Shown here in pieces: positions 48,094 to 57,588 of a stretch of 64,000 nucleotides of DNA; within the stretch, counting starts at the first letter, position 1, and every line of letters starts with the position of its first letter. The notes under the pieces are model-generated. The model saw nothing but the letters and a program-made list of their open reading frames with translations. It did not search any database and was not told the origin of the DNA. The position numbers and the translations under genes are program-made. This DNA is from Acidimicrobium ferrooxidans (GTDB taxonomy: Bacteria; Actinomycetota; Geothermincolia; Fen-727; Anoxymicrobiaceae), in NCBI GenBank assembly GCA_020723485.1, contig DYIU01000001.1, positions 646,265 through 710,264 on the forward strand, written 5' to 3'.

Positions 48094-48882
48094 TCAGAGC
48101 TCCTGGATGAAGTTGTAGCTGGTCTCGAAGATGTGTTCCTTGTCGAAGTCCAGCGTGCAGACGTGGTATGAGTTATCGAGCCACACCAGCTCTTTGTCCT
48201 CGGAAGCGACGTGCTCGTAGATGTAGGGCGCGTTCTCGGGGGGCACCACGTGGTCCTCCCGCGCGTGGAATATCCTTATGGGGACGGTTATGCGGCCGAG
48301 ATTGCTGTCGACATACTTTATGAGCCTGGTCAGCTCGTGCAGCGCGCTGGTGTTCAACTTGGCGTAGGCCACCTCGGTGACGCTGGGGTCCTTGAGGTCT
48401 CCGCCCGGCCCCGGAAACGTCTTCAGCACGTGCTTGAGCACCGGGACGAGCGGAAGCATCGCGCCCTGGGCACCCTTGACCAGCCAGTGCGCCGGGGCGC
48501 TGATGGGCATGATCCCCGCCAGGGTGTCGGAGTGCTGCTCGCCCATGTAGAGGGTCAGCGTCCCGCCCATTGAGAGGCCCGACACGAAAACCCTGTCGCA
48601 CATGCCCTGCAGCTCCGCCAGGGCGGTCTCAGCAGCGGCTATCCAGTCGTTGTATGTGTAGCGTCCCTGGTCCTTTACGTCGGTCCCGTGGCCCGGGAGC
48701 CTCGGGCCGAGGACCGTGAGGCCCCTGCCCGCCAGGTATTCGCCCATCGGCTTCATGCTCGAGCAGGTGCCTGTGAAGCCGTGGATAAGGAGGACGCCGG
48801 TCTTGCCCCCTTCGAAGAAGAAAGGCTTTCCCTCCTCCATGACGTCCAGTCCTGCCGGTATCTCCATGGTCTTGAGAGCCAT
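48094..48882 (-). CDS. Carboxylesterase/monoacylglycerol lipase (alpha/beta hydrolase)
   Basis: HGFTG, GLSMG, DHVV and SYH motifs. Confidence 0.9.
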   Translation of the reverse strand: MALKTMEIPAGLDVMEEGKPFFFEGGKTGVLLIHGFTGTCSSMKPMGEYLAGRGLTVLGPRLPGHGTDVKDQGRYTYNDWIAAAETALAELQGMCDRVFVSGLSMGGTLTLYMGEQHSDTLAGIMPISAPAHWLVKGAQGAMLPLVPVLKHVLKTFPGPGGDLKDPSVTEVAYAKLNTSALHELTRLIKYVDSNLGRITVPIRIFHAREDHVVPPENAPYIYEHVASEDKELVWLDNSYHVCTLDFDKEHIFETSYNFIQEL

Positions 48883-48945
48883 CTCGACCTCCGTGTCTCG
48901 AGCGCCGCGGCGAGGGCCGTTGCCCCGCCGGCGCCTCAGGGTTCG

Positions 48946-50226
48946 TCAGTTGTTCGGGTTGCCGTGCGTGCCGGAGCTCTCCGAGCCCGACTGCCCCGCC
49001 CTCTGCCCGGGAGGCGGGCCGAACTCGGCCCAGTAGGTGAAGAACGTCTCCAATACTCTGTAGAACCAGCCCGGGCTTGTCATCTGGTACAGGCCGTGGC
49101 CTCCCGTCGGGACTATGAGGGAGTCGACCATGGGGTTGTCCATCGCCGCGGCGAGCAGGTCGTACGCCTCGTCGACCGGCACCACGCGGTCGTCGATCGC
49201 ATGGATTATGAGGCAGGGTACCTCTACCTCGCCAACAGCTTTCACGGCGCTCGCCCTTGCGAAGATGTCCCGCTCGGCCAGCTCGTAGTACTGCGCGGTG
49301 ACCTCCCGGTTGTAGGCGCGGAGGTCGGTGAACAACCTCGGCCCCCCCAGGAGCGTCTTCGCGGCGAGAAGGACGCGGAAGAGGAGCCATACCCCCGCCG
49401 CGTCCGGCGAGAGTCCGGGGGTGGAGCAGACGAACTCGAGCTCCCTCTCGGCGTCGGCGTACCCGTTGAGGGCGACTACGCCCCCGGAGAGCGGACGGTC
49501 GAGCTTTGACCTTCCCGCGGCAAGGAGGGCGGAGGCCGCTCCCATGCTCACGCCGCAGACCCCGACCGTGCTCACGTGCGGCATGGACTCGAGGTATTCG
49601 GCGGCGGCCGACACGTCGTCGGACTCGCGGTAACCCCAGCTGGTGGGCGCCTCGGAAAAGCGGCTCGAGTCCCCGAAGTTGCGCAGGTCGAGGGCACAGA
49701 CGTGGAACCCCCACTCGTAGTATGCCTTCAAGGCGAGCTGCTGCATCCCGTAGGAGTTCTTGCTGCCGAAGAGGCCGTGGACGACTACCAGGGCCGGGCG
49801 CGCGTCGACATGCGGCTGCATGGCGAGCAGACCGCACACCGGCGTGCCGTCCTGTGATTCCACGACCACCGGCTCGAACACGTCGGGGTACGGGTAGACG
49901 AGCCCGGCGGTCGCCCGCATCGAGTTGAGCGCCGCCGGAACGGCGTCGAGCAGGAGGTACCCCGCGGTGGCGAGCCGGGTCGGCACCCTGGTGCGGAACG
50001 GCACCTCCTTGAGGAGGCCCATGAGCTCTGACATGGTCTTTACGCCCGGCGTCCGCTCAAGGGGCGCAGGCGCCGCTGAGCGCAGCCGCACCCCGCGGTA
50101 GCGCGCGCGGATGTAGAGCACCAACGCGGCGCTTACCGCGAGCGGCAGCGTCGCCGCCAGCAAGAGCGCCGCGAGCACCGTTCTGAGAGCTTCCGGGGTT
50201 TTACTCTCCGGCGAGGTTACTTTCAT
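48946..50226 (-). CDS. Membrane-anchored alpha/beta hydrolase
   Basis: HGL, DLRNFG, GVSMG, DDRVVP and GGH motifs. Confidence 0.8.
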   Translation of the reverse strand: MKVTSPESKTPEALRTVLAALLLAATLPLAVSAALVLYIRARYRGVRLRSAAPAPLERTPGVKTMSELMGLLKEVPFRTRVPTRLATAGYLLLDAVPAALNSMRATAGLVYPYPDVFEPVVVESQDGTPVCGLLAMQPHVDARPALVVVHGLFGSKNSYGMQQLALKAYYEWGFHVCALDLRNFGDSSRFSEAPTSWGYRESDDVSAAAEYLESMPHVSTVGVCGVSMGAASALLAAGRSKLDRPLSGGVVALNGYADAERELEFVCSTPGLSPDAAGVWLLFRVLLAAKTLLGGPRLFTDLRAYNREVTAQYYELAERDIFARASAVKAVGEVEVPCLIIHAIDDRVVPVDEAYDLLAAAMDNPMVDSLIVPTGGHGLYQMTSPGWFYRVLETFFTYWAEFGPPPGQRAGQSGSESSGTHGNPNN

Positions 50227-50353
50227 AGCGGGTGTATTCTATCACAGGCCGCGGACCGCCCGGCGCCCGGCACCGGGTGACAAATACCTCTTTATCAGAT
50301 AAGTTGATACACGTTGCGTACGAAGGGCCGACAGATGAGAGGAAAGCGATCCA

Positions 50354-51298
50354 GTGAGTGAATCCGGAAAGCGCGTGCTCGTGACGGGAGGGGCGGGTTT
50401 CATAGGCTCACACCTCTGCGACGCGCTCCTCGCGAGGGGCGACGAGGTCATCTGCCTCGACAACCTCTCGACGGGACACCGCGACAACATAGCCGGGGCG
50501 CTCGAGTCCGGCGCTTTCACGTTCGACGAGGGGGACGTCTCCGAACCACTGGATTACAAAGTGGACTGCGTGTTCCACCTGGCGAGCCCGGCGAGCCCCG
50601 TCGACTACTACGGCATGCAGGTCGAGACGATGCGCGCGAACTCCCTCGGCACGATGAACTGCCTGGAACTGGCGCGGCGCACCGGGTGCAGGATGCTCAT
50701 GGCATCGACCTCGGAGGTCTACGGCGACCCCCAGGTCACCCCGCAGCGCGAGGACTACTTCGGCCACGTGAACCCCGTTGGGCCGCGCTCTTGCTACGAC
50801 GAGGGCAAGAGGTTCGCCGAGGCCGCGTGCAAGGCCTACGAGCGCGAGCACGACGTCGAGGTCGTCATCGTGAGGATATTCAACACCTACGGCTCCCGGA
50901 TGAGGAAGAGCGACGGCAGGGTAATACCCAACTTCGTGTGCCAGGCGCTGGACGGCGAGCCGCTCACCATCTACGGGGACGGAGGGCAGACCCGGAGCTT
51001 CTGCCACGTGAGCGACATGGTGCGCGGGCTCGCGCAGGCGATGTTCACCGCGGATGCCGCGGGGCAGGTGATCAACATCGGCAACCCGAACGAGATGCGG
51101 GTGATAGACCTGGCGGGACGCATCAGGAAGAAGACGGCCTCTTCCTCGGAGATGGAGTTCAAGCCGCTGCCCGAGGATGACCCGATGCAGAGGAATCCCG
51201 ACATCTCGAAGGCCATGAGCCTTCTCGGCTGGGCGCCGGAGGTCGATCTCGACGCGGGTCTCGACGACGTCATCTCTTGGTTCCGGGAGAACAGGTAG
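50354..51298 (+). CDS. UDP-glucuronate decarboxylase-family SDR
   Basis: GGAGFIG, HLASPASP, STSEVYG, YDEGK and RIFNTYG motifs. Confidence 0.92.
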   Translation: MSESGKRVLVTGGAGFIGSHLCDALLARGDEVICLDNLSTGHRDNIAGALESGAFTFDEGDVSEPLDYKVDCVFHLASPASPVDYYGMQVETMRANSLGTMNCLELARRTGCRMLMASTSEVYGDPQVTPQREDYFGHVNPVGPRSCYDEGKRFAEAACKAYEREHDVEVVIVRIFNTYGSRMRKSDGRVIPNFVCQALDGEPLTIYGDGGQTRSFCHVSDMVRGLAQAMFTADAAGQVINIGNPNEMRVIDLAGRIRKKTASSSEMEFKPLPEDDPMQRNPDISKAMSLLGWAPEVDLDAGLDDVISWFRENR

Positions 51299-51300
51299 CG

Positions 51301-51762
51301 ATGGACCGGGATTCGACCGTCTGGGAGGAGGCCACCCCGGAGGAGGACGAGCGCTACCGCGAGATAATCCGGGAGCGCGTCGAGAACTCGCCCTACTACC
51401 AGCTGCTCGGTCTCGAGGTCACCGGGCTGGGCGCCGGCTGGGCGACGTTCCGGATGCCCGTCGACAGCCGCCTCTTCAACGTCGGAGGAATAGTCCACGG
51501 GGGAGCCATCACCTCGATAGCGGACGCCGCTGCCGGCGTGGCGCTCGCCACACTGCTCGAGAAGTTCAAGGAGAGGCCGCTCACCATCGAGCAGAAGGTG
51601 AACTTCTGCGCTCCCGTGGCCGAGGGCGTGCTGGAGGCCCGGGGGCAGGTCGTCCAGAAGGGCGGGAAGATAGCGGTCTGCGACGTCGAGGTCACCGAGG
51701 GCGACCGCCTGGTCGCCAAGGGCCTCTCTACCTACATGATCCTCCGCATCGGCGAGAAATGA
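51301..51762 (+). CDS. PaaI-family thioesterase
   Basis: N..GIVHGG...D hotdog motif. Confidence 0.88.
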   Translation: MDRDSTVWEEATPEEDERYREIIRERVENSPYYQLLGLEVTGLGAGWATFRMPVDSRLFNVGGIVHGGAITSIADAAAGVALATLLEKFKERPLTIEQKVNFCAPVAEGVLEARGQVVQKGGKIAVCDVEVTEGDRLVAKGLSTYMILRIGEK

Positions 51763-51832
51763 AAACGGGCCAGGTCTTATAACTCCCCAGTGATCCATGG
51801 GTCTAGGGCTGCCGGGAGGCAGGTTCTTCCCA

Positions 51833-51940
51833 GGAGGCGGTCCCGGCGGGGCAGAGCGGGTCGACCGCGACACAGCGGCCCCCGTGGGAGGCGTTCCCGG
51901 CGGGGCAGAGCAGTCGACCTGAATACAGTAATCCCCCATG
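51833..51940. repeat. Two imperfect 54-bp direct repeats
   Basis: GGAGGCG(G/T)TCCCGGCGGGGCAGAGC..GTCGACC..ACAG..CCCCC(G/A)TG at 51833 and 51887. Confidence 0.75.
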
Positions 51941-51965
51941 CCGGGCCCGGGCTTCAGGGAGATGA

Positions 51966-52124
51966 CCGCAGGTTTGAATCTCAAAAGCTAACAGTAATTA
52001 TCAACTGTTATTCAGAACAACAGGAGTAACGCCCGTTGCGGCTTTCGTGCCCCGGTTTGGGTGAATTCCGTGGTCAGGGACCACTTCTGTTAACGACTGT
52101 TGTCAGTGTGATTCAAACCTGCGG
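51966..52124. other. 159-nt element with perfect 15-bp terminal inverted repeat (candidate ncRNA or MITE)
   Basis: CCGCAGGTTTGAATC / GATTCAAACCTGCGG; lower-GC interior with AACAGGAGT/ACTTCTGTT stem. Confidence 0.55.
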
Positions 52125-52133
52125 CGCCACACT

Positions 52134-52367
52134 CTATTCGGGCTCGATCTCCCAGAAATCAGATATGGTGAAGTAGGTCAGCCTGTACCGCGCGCCCAGC
52201 TCGTCCTCAACAACCCAGACGTGGCGCGTCATCCCTTCCATACCTTCGGATTCCTCCAGTCGGTTGGCGATGACCTGTGAGACCGCGTGGTGTTCTTCGC
52301 CGATGAAGAACTCCAGCGGGACGTTGGAGTAGCTGCAGCCGCTGTGGGCGATGACGCGGTGTTGCAT
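52134..52367 (-). CDS. Small hypothetical protein (DUF6504-like)
   Basis: GAAGG RBS; SG..P..F..V..V....V.D..G..Y.L..WE pattern. Confidence 0.55.
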   Translation of the reverse strand: MQHRVIAHSGCSYSNVPLEFFIGEEHHAVSQVIANRLEESEGMEGMTRHVWVVEDELGARYRLTYFTISDFWEIEPE

Positions 52368-52448
52368 CTCGACCTTCTTCGTAGCGCCGGCCCCCGGCCC
52401 GGCTTTGATATTGAGCCGGCAGGAGGCCGGTGCTACGATACCGGCGCC

Positions 52449-53594
52449 TCAGTCATTGACCGGGTTCTGCATCTCCTCGAGCTCTTTGCCGTTGCCCATC
52501 TCGGCCGTGGTCAGCAGGCCGTGGTCCTCGCCGCGGATGAACGCCTCCACCATGTCCCGGGCTTCCGTGTCGGCGAACTGCACCGGCGGCGACTTCATGA
52601 AGTATGCTGACGGCCCCATCAACGCTCCGGACATCCCGCGGTCCATCGCGAGCTTGCAGCAGCGGAGCGCGTCGATGACTATCCCGGCGGAGTTGGGGGA
52701 GTCCCAGACCTCCAGCTTGAACTCGAGGTTGAGCGGCACGTCGCCGAACGCCGTACCCTCGCAGCGGATGTAGGCCCACTTGCGGTCGGTGAGCCAGGAG
52801 ACGTAGTCGGACGGGCCGATGTGGATGCAGCCGCTCTCTATGTTGTGGTCGAGCTGCGAGACCACCGAATTCGTCTTGGAGATCTTCTTGGACTCGAGCC
52901 TCTCGCGCTCGAGCATGTTCTTGAAGTCCATGTTGCCGCCGACGTTGAGCTGGCTGGTGCGGTCGAGCGTGACGCCGCGGTCGTTAAAGAGCTTGGCGAG
53001 CATGCGGTGCACGATGGTGGCGCCCACCTGGCTCTTGATATCGTCCCCCACGATGGGGACGCCGGCTTTGCGGAACTTGCCCTGCCACATCTCCTCGTTC
53101 GCGATGAAGACCGGGATGCAGTTAACCACCCCGCAGCCCGCTTCGAGCGCCTCGCTCACGTAGAAGCGGGTGGCGTCCTCGCTGCCCACGGGAAGGTAGT
53201 TGATGAGCACCTGGGCGCCGGACTCGATTAGCGCCTCGGACACGTCGACGACCGGGTCGTGGCTCTCGTCGATAGTCTCGCGGTAGTACTTGCCCATGCC
53301 GTCGAGTGTGGGCCCGCGCATCACCTCGACCCCGAGGGGAGGCACCTCGGAGAACTTGAAGGTGTTGTTGGGCTCGGTGAAGATGGCCTCTGACAGGTCC
53401 TTTCCGACCTTGTTCTCGTCCACGTCGAACGCGGCGACGAACCTGATGTCGCTTATGTGGTAGGGTCCGATGTTAACGTGCATCAGCCCGGGGATCTGGT
53501 CCCCGTCGCGCGCGTCACGGTAGTACTCTATCCCCTGGATAAGGGACGACGCGCAGTTACCGGCCCCCACTATCGCTACCTTGACCTCTGCCAT
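52449..53594 (-). CDS. ino1: Inositol-3-phosphate synthase
   Basis: [32 protein letters not shown] and DSPNSAG motifs. Confidence 0.95.
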   Translation of the reverse strand: MAEVKVAIVGAGNCASSLIQGIEYYRDARDGDQIPGLMHVNIGPYHISDIRFVAAFDVDENKVGKDLSEAIFTEPNNTFKFSEVPPLGVEVMRGPTLDGMGKYYRETIDESHDPVVDVSEALIESGAQVLINYLPVGSEDATRFYVSEALEAGCGVVNCIPVFIANEEMWQGKFRKAGVPIVGDDIKSQVGATIVHRMLAKLFNDRGVTLDRTSQLNVGGNMDFKNMLERERLESKKISKTNSVVSQLDHNIESGCIHIGPSDYVSWLTDRKWAYIRCEGTAFGDVPLNLEFKLEVWDSPNSAGIVIDALRCCKLAMDRGMSGALMGPSAYFMKSPPVQFADTEARDMVEAFIRGEDHGLLTTAEMGNGKELEEMQNPVND

Positions 53595-53639
53595 CTCTCG
53601 CTGCCTCCTATCCGCCCCCGGCGGGGGCTCGGCCATCCG

Positions 53640-54230
53640 CTATACCGCGGAGACCTGTCCTTCGCTCTTGTCGATGTCGAGCTTGATCTCGGGCGCCTGG
53701 TCGCGCTTCTTGATAGCTTCCCTCTCGTGCGCCATCAGCCTGTCGAGCCACCTGATGTCGCTCTTCACCTGGCTCACCTTGTGCCGCATCAGGCCGGCCC
53801 GATACTGGTCCTCGTCCTTGTTCGTGGAGCGGTAGGCCTTGAACTTCTCCACCTGGTCCTCCAGGAACCTGCGCCGCATCTCGAGCAGCTCGAGCCTGGT
53901 CTCCGGCGTCAGGTACTGGAAGAACGCCATCCGGACGTCGAACTTCTCGGTATCGGCGAGCGCGCTGTCGCTCACGTTCTCGGTGAGCATCCGCATGAAC
54001 GCCGCCTCGCCCTTGGGTGTGATGCGGTAGACGTTGCGATTGCGGGTCTTCTCCTTGACAGAGTACGCGCGCTCGATCGAGCCGGTCTTCTCCAGCCGCT
54101 TGATGGCCGGGTACAGGGAGCCGTAGCTGACCGTCCAGAAGTGGCCCAGCATGTAGGAGAGCCTCTTCTTCAGCTCGTACCCGTGCATCGGCCTCTCTTT
54201 CAGGAGGCCGAGTATCGCCAGCTCCAGCAC
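53640..54230 (-). CDS. PadR-family regulator upstream of ino1
   Basis: LAILGLL..PMHGYEL..SYGSLYP..Y.IT..G. Confidence 0.92.
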   Translation of the reverse strand: MLELAILGLLKERPMHGYELKKRLSYMLGHFWTVSYGSLYPAIKRLEKTGSIERAYSVKEKTRNRNVYRITPKGEAAFMRMLTENVSDSALADTEKFDVRMAFFQYLTPETRLELLEMRRRFLEDQVEKFKAYRSTNKDEDQYRAGLMRHKVSQVKSDIRWLDRLMAHEREAIKKRDQAPEIKLDIDKSEGQVSAV

Positions 54231-54263
54231 TTTCGCAACCTTTCTCGACGCACGGTCGGTAAA

Positions 54264-54319
54264 TGTATCAAATCGATATAATCCGCGGCAAGTATATATC
54301 GATTCGATATAAAGGTCAA
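54264..54319 (-). promoter_or_regulatory. padR-ino1 promoter with two palindromic operators
   Basis: TTGACC-17-TATACT; TATATCGattCGATATA at 54295-54311 and a variant at 54264-54280. Confidence 0.75.
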
Positions 54320-54428
54320 TAACCCTTCCAGACTCGAGATGTTGTGTCGCCGCGTCGCCTGGATAACTACATGTTGTGAAAGTGCGGATTCTCGAGTTTT
54401 TGTCGCGCGGCCGTCCCTTTTATGACGT

Positions 54429-55124
54429 CTACCTCTGGAAGTGGTCGAGGTAGCCCTGGATGTAGGAGCGGACGGCGTCGGCGGGGCTGTAGATGCCGAA
54501 GTGGCCTTCGCAGAGGATGTCGGCCTCCAGGGCGAGGACCTTCTGCATCGAGTCGCGCCAGAGGTTGATGTCGGAGCCGAAGTCCGGGTGGAACGGGCCG
54601 TGGATGTCCTGCCCGAAGAGCACCCGCGTCCCGGCGATGTCGACGTACGCGACGATGGAGCCGGGGGTGTGCCCCGGCGCGAGCAGAGTCTTCAGGATCA
54701 GGTCGCCGACCACGACGTCTTCTTCATCCCCCGAGAGCTTCCGGTCGATTACCATCGGCTCGAACCTCACGTTGTACAGGAACGCCGCGGTCATGAGACG
54801 GTCTCCCGCCTCGCAGGGAGGGCAGTCGAGCTCGTGTTCGACAAGCCGCGCGCCGAATTCGGCCTTGAAGAGGTCCGCCGCGCCGACATGGTCTATGTGG
54901 CAGTGCGTGAGGAGAACTGTCTCCAGGTTCTCGGGCTCGAACCCGAGCCGGATGATGTTCGCGACCGTGGCCTTGTACCCGGGGCCGCAACCTGCGTCGA
55001 CGAGCGCCAGCGGCCCGCCGCCGTCGACAAGGTACACGCAGCAGTCCTGGCCGTGAGTGAGGTCGGGCCCCCCCACGTGGTAGACCCTGTCGCAGACCTT
55101 CGCCGGCTGTCTTCCCGAACGCAC
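54429..55124 (-). CDS. MBL-fold metallo-hydrolase
   Basis: THCHIDH, PGHTPG, GQD and EGH motifs. Confidence 0.9.
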   Translation of the reverse strand: MRSGRQPAKVCDRVYHVGGPDLTHGQDCCVYLVDGGGPLALVDAGCGPGYKATVANIIRLGFEPENLETVLLTHCHIDHVGAADLFKAEFGARLVEHELDCPPCEAGDRLMTAAFLYNVRFEPMVIDRKLSGDEEDVVVGDLILKTLLAPGHTPGSIVAYVDIAGTRVLFGQDIHGPFHPDFGSDINLWRDSMQKVLALEADILCEGHFGIYSPADAVRSYIQGYLDHFQR

Positions 55125-55279
55125 AATACCTCCCCGCTCCTGGTGCCGGACATACGAAGTCTACTCCACATCCCTCCGGCCGCGCACATGACCTGGCGCA
55201 ATGCCGGCAAGCGGACCGTTTGCTAATATCGGGGGAGCCCTTTGGCTGCCGTACGTTTTAGTCGATTACTAGGGGTGAC

Positions 55280-56251
55280 ATGGACCTCTTCGAAGCCCAG
55301 GACAAGACCCGGACGCTCCGGGCCAACGTGGAGAAGGTAATAAAGGGCAAGGACCGCACCGTGGACCTCGCCGTCATCGCCCTGGTCTCCGGCGGGCAGC
55401 TCCTCATCGAGGACGTGCCGGGGGTGGGCAAGACTATGCTCGCCCGGTCGCTCGCCCGTTCCATAGACGCCTCGTTCCACCGCATACAGTTCACGCCGGA
55501 CCTGCTTCCCTCTGACATCACCGGCGTCTCGATATACAACCAGAAGACCGCCGAGTTCGAGTTCCAGCCCGGCCCCATCTTCGCGAACGTGGTGCTCATC
55601 GATGAGATAAACCGCACGACGCCGCGGACGCAGTCGAGCCTGCTCGAGGCGATGGAGGAGCACCAGGTGACCGTCGATGGCCGCACGTACTCGCTCCCGG
55701 AGCCGTTCTTCGTCATGGCCACGCAGAACCCCATCGAGTTCTACGGGACCTACCCGCTGCCGGAGGGCCAGCGGGACAGGTTCATGGTATCGGTGGGGCT
55801 CGGCTACCCGTCGGTCGAGACGGAAAAGCAGATTGCCTCAGACCAGATGGTGCAGCACCCGATCGAGACGCTCGAGCCGGTGCTCTCGGTGGAGGACGTC
55901 CGGCACCTGCAGGCCGCAGTCAGGCGGGTGCACGTCGACGCTGACCTGCTCGATTACGCGGTCTCCATCGTGCACGCGAGCCGCAACCACCGCGCCCTGC
56001 TGCTGGGCTCCAGCCCCCGAGGCAGCCTCGCGCTGGTGCGCTGCTCGCAGGCCTCGGCCCTCGTCGAGGGGCGGGACTTCGTCACCCCCGACGACGTGAA
56101 GAGTATGGCGCGCCACGTGCTGCCGCACCGCTTCGTGACGAGGGAGCGCTCCCGGACGACCCCGGGCGACACCGCGGGGATAATCGCGGAGATACTGGAA
56201 GAGGTCCCCGTGCCGGTGAGGGTAGGGGAGCTCCAGGGCGAGGAGAGTTGA
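55280..56251 (+). CDS. moxR: MoxR-family AAA+ ATPase
   Basis: DVPGVGKT, RIQFTPDLLPSD, DEINR and ATQNP motifs. Confidence 0.93.
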   Translation: MDLFEAQDKTRTLRANVEKVIKGKDRTVDLAVIALVSGGQLLIEDVPGVGKTMLARSLARSIDASFHRIQFTPDLLPSDITGVSIYNQKTAEFEFQPGPIFANVVLIDEINRTTPRTQSSLLEAMEEHQVTVDGRTYSLPEPFFVMATQNPIEFYGTYPLPEGQRDRFMVSVGLGYPSVETEKQIASDQMVQHPIETLEPVLSVEDVRHLQAAVRRVHVDADLLDYAVSIVHASRNHRALLLGSSPRGSLALVRCSQASALVEGRDFVTPDDVKSMARHVLPHRFVTRERSRTTPGDTAGIIAEILEEVPVPVRVGELQGEES

Positions 56252-57588
56252 AGCGCAGGGCCCTGGTACTGGTCATGGTCGCGGTCGCCCTCCTGCTCAT
56301 CGCGGCTACCATAAAATCCGGCTGGCTGTACCTGGTCGCGAGCGTCCTCTTCTCCCTTGTGATCCTGAGCGCGCTCTCGGGCCGCCTGGCCAACCGCAGG
56401 GTGGAGATAGGGAGGGAATGCCCGGGCGAGGCGTTCGAGGGCGAGCCGTTCCCGGTCGCCCTCAAGGTGCGTAACAGGGGCAGGCTCACCAGGTACTTTC
56501 TCCTCCTCGAGGACATGGCGTTCGAGCGCCCGCGCAAGGTGAGTTTCGCGAGGTCCGTGAGGGAGCACCGGGCCGAGATGAGAGTTGCGCGCGAGACCGG
56601 CGTCTCCCGCGCGCCCGAGCCCCGGGATAAGTCGCCCCACTCCGCGACCGCCGCGGTCGAGAGTGTGGCGCCCGGTACCGAGGTCTCGGTCGAGTACGAG
56701 CTCAGCGCCCCCCGCCGCGGGGTCTTCACGCGCGCCGACATCAGGGTGAGCTCGGGCGGTGTCTTCGGGGCCGCAGGCTCCTCGAGGGTGCTGAGTGTCG
56801 CGGCCCCGATGGTGGTCTACCCACGGGTCAGCCCGCTGGTCCATTTCCCGTTCGAGCCGCGCAGCATGGCCGCTCCCCTCGAGTCGTTCGAGTGGTCGCG
56901 CAAGGGCATCGGGCAGGACTACTACGGCGTGCGGGAGTACGTGCACGGCGACTCCCTAAAGCACATACACTGGAGGTCGAGCGCCCGCCAGCGCGAGCTC
57001 ATTGTGAAGGAGTACCAGCAGGAGTACCGGCCGTTCGCGGGGCTGGTGGTGCTGCTGGGGGAGCCCGGTCACAGCGACGGGAACACGAACAGCCTCGAGG
57101 ACGGGCTGAGGTGCGCCGCCTCCATCCTCAATTACTACGAGGCTATGGGCAGCAAGCCGCGGCTGGTGGTCCCGGGTGACGGGGGCTTCGAGGTCCTGCG
57201 CGAAGCGACGCTCTACGGGGGCCTGGCGGCCCTGGCCGCTTACTCGCCTTACCGGTGGCCGTCCGCAGGGACGGGCGGAAACGGGCTGCTCGAGGCTATG
57301 TCGCTGGTGCGGGCGGCCCTGGTGCCCGGCTCGACCGTATCCGTCGTCACAAACGCGCCGGTCGAGCAGGTGGCCTCGGTGGTGGAAGCCGCCCCAGACG
57401 TCGAGGGGGCGAGCCTCGTGGTGGTCCTGGACGGGTCCTACGGGGGAGGGTGGGACACCGGCGATTCACTGCTCGAGGTTGCCAAGCTGGAGGGCGCGGC
57501 GTCGCGCCGTCTCAACCTGTTCGTCATGACGATGGGGCAGGAGATAGGTGAATGTTTGAGCGAGCCGTTGAGTCTTACCGCGCGATGA
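56248..57588 (+). CDS. DUF58 protein
   Basis: VREYVHGD..HIHWRSSAR..VKEY; follows moxR. Confidence 0.88.
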   Translation: MKRRALVLVMVAVALLLIAATIKSGWLYLVASVLFSLVILSALSGRLANRRVEIGRECPGEAFEGEPFPVALKVRNRGRLTRYFLLLEDMAFERPRKVSFARSVREHRAEMRVARETGVSRAPEPRDKSPHSATAAVESVAPGTEVSVEYELSAPRRGVFTRADIRVSSGGVFGAAGSSRVLSVAAPMVVYPRVSPLVHFPFEPRSMAAPLESFEWSRKGIGQDYYGVREYVHGDSLKHIHWRSSARQRELIVKEYQQEYRPFAGLVVLLGEPGHSDGNTNSLEDGLRCAASILNYYEAMGSKPRLVVPGDGGFEVLREATLYGGLAALAAYSPYRWPSAGTGGNGLLEAMSLVRAALVPGSTVSVVTNAPVEQVASVVEAAPDVEGASLVVVLDGSYGGGWDTGDSLLEVAKLEGAASRRLNLFVMTMGQEIGECLSEPLSLTAR

